Shown one piece after another: positions 60,922 to 64,000 of a stretch of DNA of 64,000 bases (the first letter of the stretch is position 1; the number at the start of each line of letters is the position of its first letter). This DNA comes from an uncultured Fibrobacter sp. (GTDB taxonomy: Bacteria; Fibrobacterota; Fibrobacteria; Fibrobacterales; Fibrobacteraceae), in NCBI GenBank assembly GCA_946539715.1, contig CAMNHR010000038.1:14873-78872 (forward strand), in the 5' to 3' direction. A program made the position numbers and the translations under genes. The notes beneath the pieces were generated by a model, which ran no database searches, was not told the DNA's origin, and saw only the letters and a list, made by a program, of their open reading frames with translations.

Positions 60922-61764
60922 CTATTTCTTTCTTCCCTTATGTTCAATGACGCTTCGAGCAACCAGAATGAGAATGGCTAGCATCACCAGTATCGACGCC
61001 ACCGCAAACGCAGGCACGTACTGGAACTCGTTAAAAAGGATTTCCACATGGAGCGGGAGCGTGTTGGTCTTTCCGCGCAAGTGGCCCGAAATCACCGACA
61101 CCGCTCCGAATTCGCCCATGGCGCGCGCTGCGCAGAGCACCACGCCGTAAAGGAACGCCCACTTGATATGCGGGAAGGTGATGCGCCTAAAAATCGTGAA
61201 GCCCTTCGCACCCATCAACGCCGCGGCCTCTTCCTCGTCGGTTCCCTGGGATTCCAGTACCGGAATCAGTTCGCGGGAAATGAACGGGAACGTCACGAAA
61301 ATCGTCGCAAGCACAATTCCCGGCACCGCAAAGACAATCTTGATGTCCCAATCCTGCAACAGCGGGAAAATCGGGCTCTGGCGGCCAAACGTGAGCAAGA
61401 AAATGAGACCCGCGATAATCGGCGAAACCGTCACCGGCAAGTCAATGAGCGTCGCGAGAATCTTTTTCCCCTTGAACTTGAACTTCGTGAGGCTCCAGGC
61501 GGCACACAGCCCGAATACCGTATTGATGGCGACAGCAAAAAACGAGGCTTCCAGTGTCAAAAGAATCGCCTTGATAGTGTAATCGTCGGTAACCGCCTTG
61601 CTGTACACCGCAAAACCCTGTTTGAACGCTTCGGTAATCACCGTAATCAGCGGGAGGATAAGCATCAAGAAGACGAAAAGCAGGCTAATGCCGATCAGCG
61701 AATACCTGACAAGTTTCGAGCCTTTCGTATCGCGATGTAGCCCGCTCTGCGTAACTGCACTCAT
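60922..61764 (-). CDS. cysW: sulfate ABC transporter permease
   Basis: CysT/CysW-type permease with EAA loop (EEAAALMGAKGFTIFRRITFP). Confidence 0.8.
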   Translation of the reverse strand: MSAVTQSGLHRDTKGSKLVRYSLIGISLLFVFLMLILPLITVITEAFKQGFAVYSKAVTDDYTIKAILLTLEASFFAVAINTVFGLCAAWSLTKFKFKGKKILATLIDLPVTVSPIIAGLIFLLTFGRQSPIFPLLQDWDIKIVFAVPGIVLATIFVTFPFISRELIPVLESQGTDEEEAAALMGAKGFTIFRRITFPHIKWAFLYGVVLCAARAMGEFGAVSVISGHLRGKTNTLPLHVEILFNEFQYVPAFAVASILVMLAILILVARSVIEHKGRKK

Positions 61765-62594
61765 TAGCTACCTCCCTTGAGAATCTTGGCGTTTCTGTTC
61801 TGCACCACGTTCACCAGGAACAAAGTAACGAACGATGCCACCAGCATCACAAGGGCAATCGTCGTCGCGCTGGAATAGTCGTATTCCTGAAGTTCCGACA
61901 TGATGATGAGCGGTGCGATTTCGGTTTCGAAGGGCATGTTGCCAGCGATAAACACGACGCTACCATATTCGCCGAGGCAGCGCCCGAAAGCGAGCCCGAA
62001 ACCCGTAAAGATGGCGGGAATCAGTTCCGGCAATATTACCTTCCAGAAAATCCGCGTGCGACTTGCGCCCAGCACCCCTGCAGCCTCTTCGTAGGCGGGG
62101 TCCAACTTTTCCAACACCGGCTGCACCGCGCGCACCACGAACGGAATGCCGATAAACACGAGTGCCACCGTAATGCCGATGCGCGTGAACGCAATCTTGA
62201 TGCCGAAATTCGCGAAAAAGCCGCCTATAAGGCCCGTATCCGCAGTGAGCGCCGTAAGCGCGATGCCCGCCACCGCCGTAGGGAGCGCAAACGGGAGCTC
62301 AATCGTTCCGTCCACGATGCGCTTGAGCGGGAACGTGTAACGCACCAGCACCCAGGCGAGAATCACGCCCATCACCGCATTGATAAGCGAGGCGACAAAA
62401 GCCGTCAAGAAACTCACCTTGAAACTCGAAAGCACGCGCGGACGCGTGATGACGTCGATAATCTCGCTCGCACTCATCTGGGCCGAAAACACGACTAGCG
62501 AGGCAAGGGGAATCAACACCACTACGCTCAAAATCGCCAGGGTCACCCCTGTTGTAAGGCCGAAGCCCGGTATGACAACACTCTTTCTTTTCAT
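61764..62594 (-). CDS. cysT: sulfate ABC transporter permease
   Basis: EAA loop (YEEAAGVLGASRTRIFWKVILP). The ATG at 62594 is preferred over the TTG at 62606. Confidence 0.8.
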   Translation of the reverse strand: MKRKSVVIPGFGLTTGVTLAILSVVVLIPLASLVVFSAQMSASEIIDVITRPRVLSSFKVSFLTAFVASLINAVMGVILAWVLVRYTFPLKRIVDGTIELPFALPTAVAGIALTALTADTGLIGGFFANFGIKIAFTRIGITVALVFIGIPFVVRAVQPVLEKLDPAYEEAAGVLGASRTRIFWKVILPELIPAIFTGFGLAFGRCLGEYGSVVFIAGNMPFETEIAPLIIMSELQEYDYSSATTIALVMLVASFVTLFLVNVVQNRNAKILKGGS

Positions 62595-62604
62595 AAGCGT
62601 CGCC

Positions 62605-62673
62605 AAATATAGAACGGGATTTCACGCGTGTCCAATACTTAATAATTATGCTGAATTATCAATTTTTTCTATA
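62605..62673 (-). promoter_or_regulatory. 69-bp sulfur-operon promoter module, copy C
   Basis: -10 TATATT at 62606-62611 and -35 TTGGAC at 62630-62635; only 11 nt between the -10 box and the cysT ATG. Confidence 0.7.
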
Positions 62674-62736
62674 ACAAACGGGGTGCAATAGGCGCCCCAA
62701 ATTATTTATATTACCGACAAAAATCGGAGAATTCAA

Positions 62737-63309
62737 ATGAGCCTGACCGTCGAACGCGCAAAAGAAATCAGCAAGGGCCACGTGACCGAAGAATCGCTGG
62801 TCATCCATTCCCTCAACGTATGCTATGCCATGGGCGCGATGGCCAAGCACTTCGGCGAAGATGTGGAACATTGGCAGGCAGTGGGCTACCTGCACGATTA
62901 CGACTACCAGGAATTCCCCGAAGAACACCTGCAGCACACCGAAAAGGAACTGCTCGCACAAGGCGTTTCCGAAGAAGACGTGCGCGCCATTTTAGCGCAC
63001 GGTTTTGAAATCGTGAACCAGGTGGAACCCAAGACCAACATGGAAAAGAGCCTGTTCACCGTGGACGAACTCACCGGAATCATCCAAGCCTGCGCGAGAA
63101 TGCGCCCCAACGGCATCCTGGACCTGGAAGTGAAAAGTTTCGTGAAGAAGTTCAAGGACAAGAAATTCGCCGCCAAATGCAACCGTGACTACATTCTGAA
63201 AGGCTGCACCCTGCTCGGCATGGACGTGAAAGACGTCGCCGCCATCTGCATCGAGGGCATGCGCGAACACGCCGCAGAAATTGGCCTGGCAGGGAACGCC
63301 GGGGCATAG
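62737..63309 (+). CDS. HD-domain metal-dependent phosphohydrolase
   Basis: HSLNV...GYLHDYDY (H..HD) motif. Confidence 0.7.
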   Translation: MSLTVERAKEISKGHVTEESLVIHSLNVCYAMGAMAKHFGEDVEHWQAVGYLHDYDYQEFPEEHLQHTEKELLAQGVSEEDVRAILAHGFEIVNQVEPKTNMEKSLFTVDELTGIIQACARMRPNGILDLEVKSFVKKFKDKKFAAKCNRDYILKGCTLLGMDVKDVAAICIEGMREHAAEIGLAGNAGA

Positions 63310-63341
63310 AAAAAACGTTTTTTCCTCAAAAACGGCATTAC

Positions 63342-63370
63342 TTGACAATTTTTCCTGCTTAATATATATT
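63342..63370 (+). promoter_or_regulatory. sigma-70-like promoter TTGACA-17 nt-TATATT, 4 nt before the first ATGTCGG unit
   Basis: -35 at 63342-63347 and -10 at 63365-63370. Confidence 0.6.
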
Positions 63371-63374
63371 TAGA

Positions 63375-63434
63375 ATGTCGGAAAAGATGTCGGATTAAAT
63401 GTCGGAATGAATGTCGGTAAAAATGTCGGATAAA
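63375..63434 (+). repeat. five tandem 12-bp units ATGTCGGNNNNN spanning the Fic start
   Basis: ATGTCGGAAAAG ATGTCGGATTAA ATGTCGGAATGA ATGTCGGTAAAA ATGTCGGATAAA. Units 2 and 3 end in in-frame stops; units 4 and 5 open the Fic ORF. Confidence 0.95.
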
Positions 63435-64000
63435 TACGCGCCTCCATTTAAGATTAATACGGCGATAGTTAACCTTGCGGCAGAGATTTCGGCCCTGGTT
63501 GAACGAGTCGCAATCCGGTTGGAACAATCGGATAGTTTACGCCTGCGTCGAATAAACCAAATTCAGAGTATCCATAGTTCCTTGGCGATAGAAGGCAATT
63601 CGCTTTCAGAAGGCCAGGTGTCCGACATTATTGACGGCAAGCGCATTATCGCTCCCGAACGAGAAATCCTCGAAGTGAAGAACGCCTTACGGACTTATGA
63701 ACTCTATCCTTCATTAAAGGCGTTTTCGGAAAAGGATTTGCTCAAGGCTCATGCCGTAATGATGCAAGGTATAATTCCCGATGCCGGGAGATACCGAAAT
63801 TGCAACGAAGGTGTATTCAAGGGGCGCAAATGCGTCCATTTTGCGCCGCCACCCAACATGGTCCCGATCTTGATGAAAAATCTTTTTTCGTGGTTAAAAA
63901 ACAGCAAAGACCATTGGCTGGTTCGGTCGTGCGTTTTCCATTATGAATTTGAATTTATTCATCCCTTCCGAGACGGGAATGGCAGAATAGGCCGTTTGTG
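63423..64000 (+). CDS. Fic-family protein (AMPylase-type), 3' end beyond the window; start at 63411 or 63423
   Basis: My own translation: MSDKYAPPFKINT...SIHSSLAIEGNSL (inhibitory-helix-type S...EGN) ... FEFIHPFRDGNGRIGRL (Fic motif HPFxxGNGR). Not in the ORF track because the frame runs off the window. Confidence 0.85.
   Translation, partial: MSDKYAPPFKINTAIVNLAAEISALVERVAIRLEQSDSLRLRRINQIQSIHSSLAIEGNSLSEGQVSDIIDGKRIIAPEREILEVKNALRTYELYPSLKAFSEKDLLKAHAVMMQGIIPDAGRYRNCNEGVFKGRKCVHFAPPPNMVPILMKNLFSWLKNSKDHWLVRSCVFHYEFEFIHPFRDGNGRIGRL

Noticed and set aside
63375-63434. CRISPR-like interpretation of the 12-bp tandem units and of the heptamer arrays
   Set aside because: The units are contiguous with no spacers, they are far shorter than CRISPR repeats, and there are no cas genes.

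Overview
This 64-kb window looks chromosomal and probably comes from a Fibrobacter-like (FCB-group) bacterium. That origin is inferred from a TIGR02147-type regulator, GH9/GH5 cellulases carrying short C-terminal sorting-type domains, and TAnnTTTG/TATATT promoter boxes. I call about 60 protein genes, one tRNA-Val(CAC), one gene fragment, and many small repeats and regulatory sites. I saw no rRNA, CRISPR array, transposase or integrase.

Gene content, in order:
- dxs (3' part), a SpoU methyltransferase and pyrF.
- An MlaD protein and an M18 aminopeptidase.
- A glycan-modification module: SDR epimerase, GtrA, FAD oxidoreductase and a GT-C-like membrane protein.
- TPR proteins and an S41 peptidase.
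- A Y-family polymerase with a YolD-like partner.
- GH9 and GH5 cellulases, a DMT transporter and glk.
- A low-GC cassette, a DEAD-box helicase and a GLUG/Listeria-Bacteroides-repeat surface protein.
- An operon of clpP, ftsY, a lipoprotein, a thioredoxin-like protein, a GT2 and a permease.
- aroD, ptsN and tRNA-Val.
- A serine hydrolase, a DUF234-type ATPase and lysA.
- A small protein fusing a histone-H1-like tail to CBM48, and a phosphohexomutase.
- A TIGR02147 regulator with three lipoproteins.
- A sulfur block (47.3-62.6 kb): Fe-ADH, metY, mccA/mccB-like genes, and cysTWA fused to a ThiS/ThiF/JAB/TusA/small-Sir/MetY-like sulfur-carrier operon.
- An HD-domain protein and a Fic gene that runs off the window end.

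Most unusual observations:
1. Intergenic inverted repeats built from exact period-7 tandem arrays. The unit sequence differs between loci, and one array lies in-frame inside the aminopeptidase gene.
2. Five tandem 12-bp ATGTCGGNNNNN units that duplicate the apparently leaderless start of the Fic gene.
3. Identical 29-bp palindromes, each with a TATATT box at its centre, bracketing the ATPase gene exactly.
4. Three 69-bp promoter modules and two related leaders that tie the sulfur genes together.
5. A sulfur-carrier protein ending in GG-Cys.
6. The H1-like/CBM48 fusion protein.

All family assignments come from reading motifs by eye. No database search was run.
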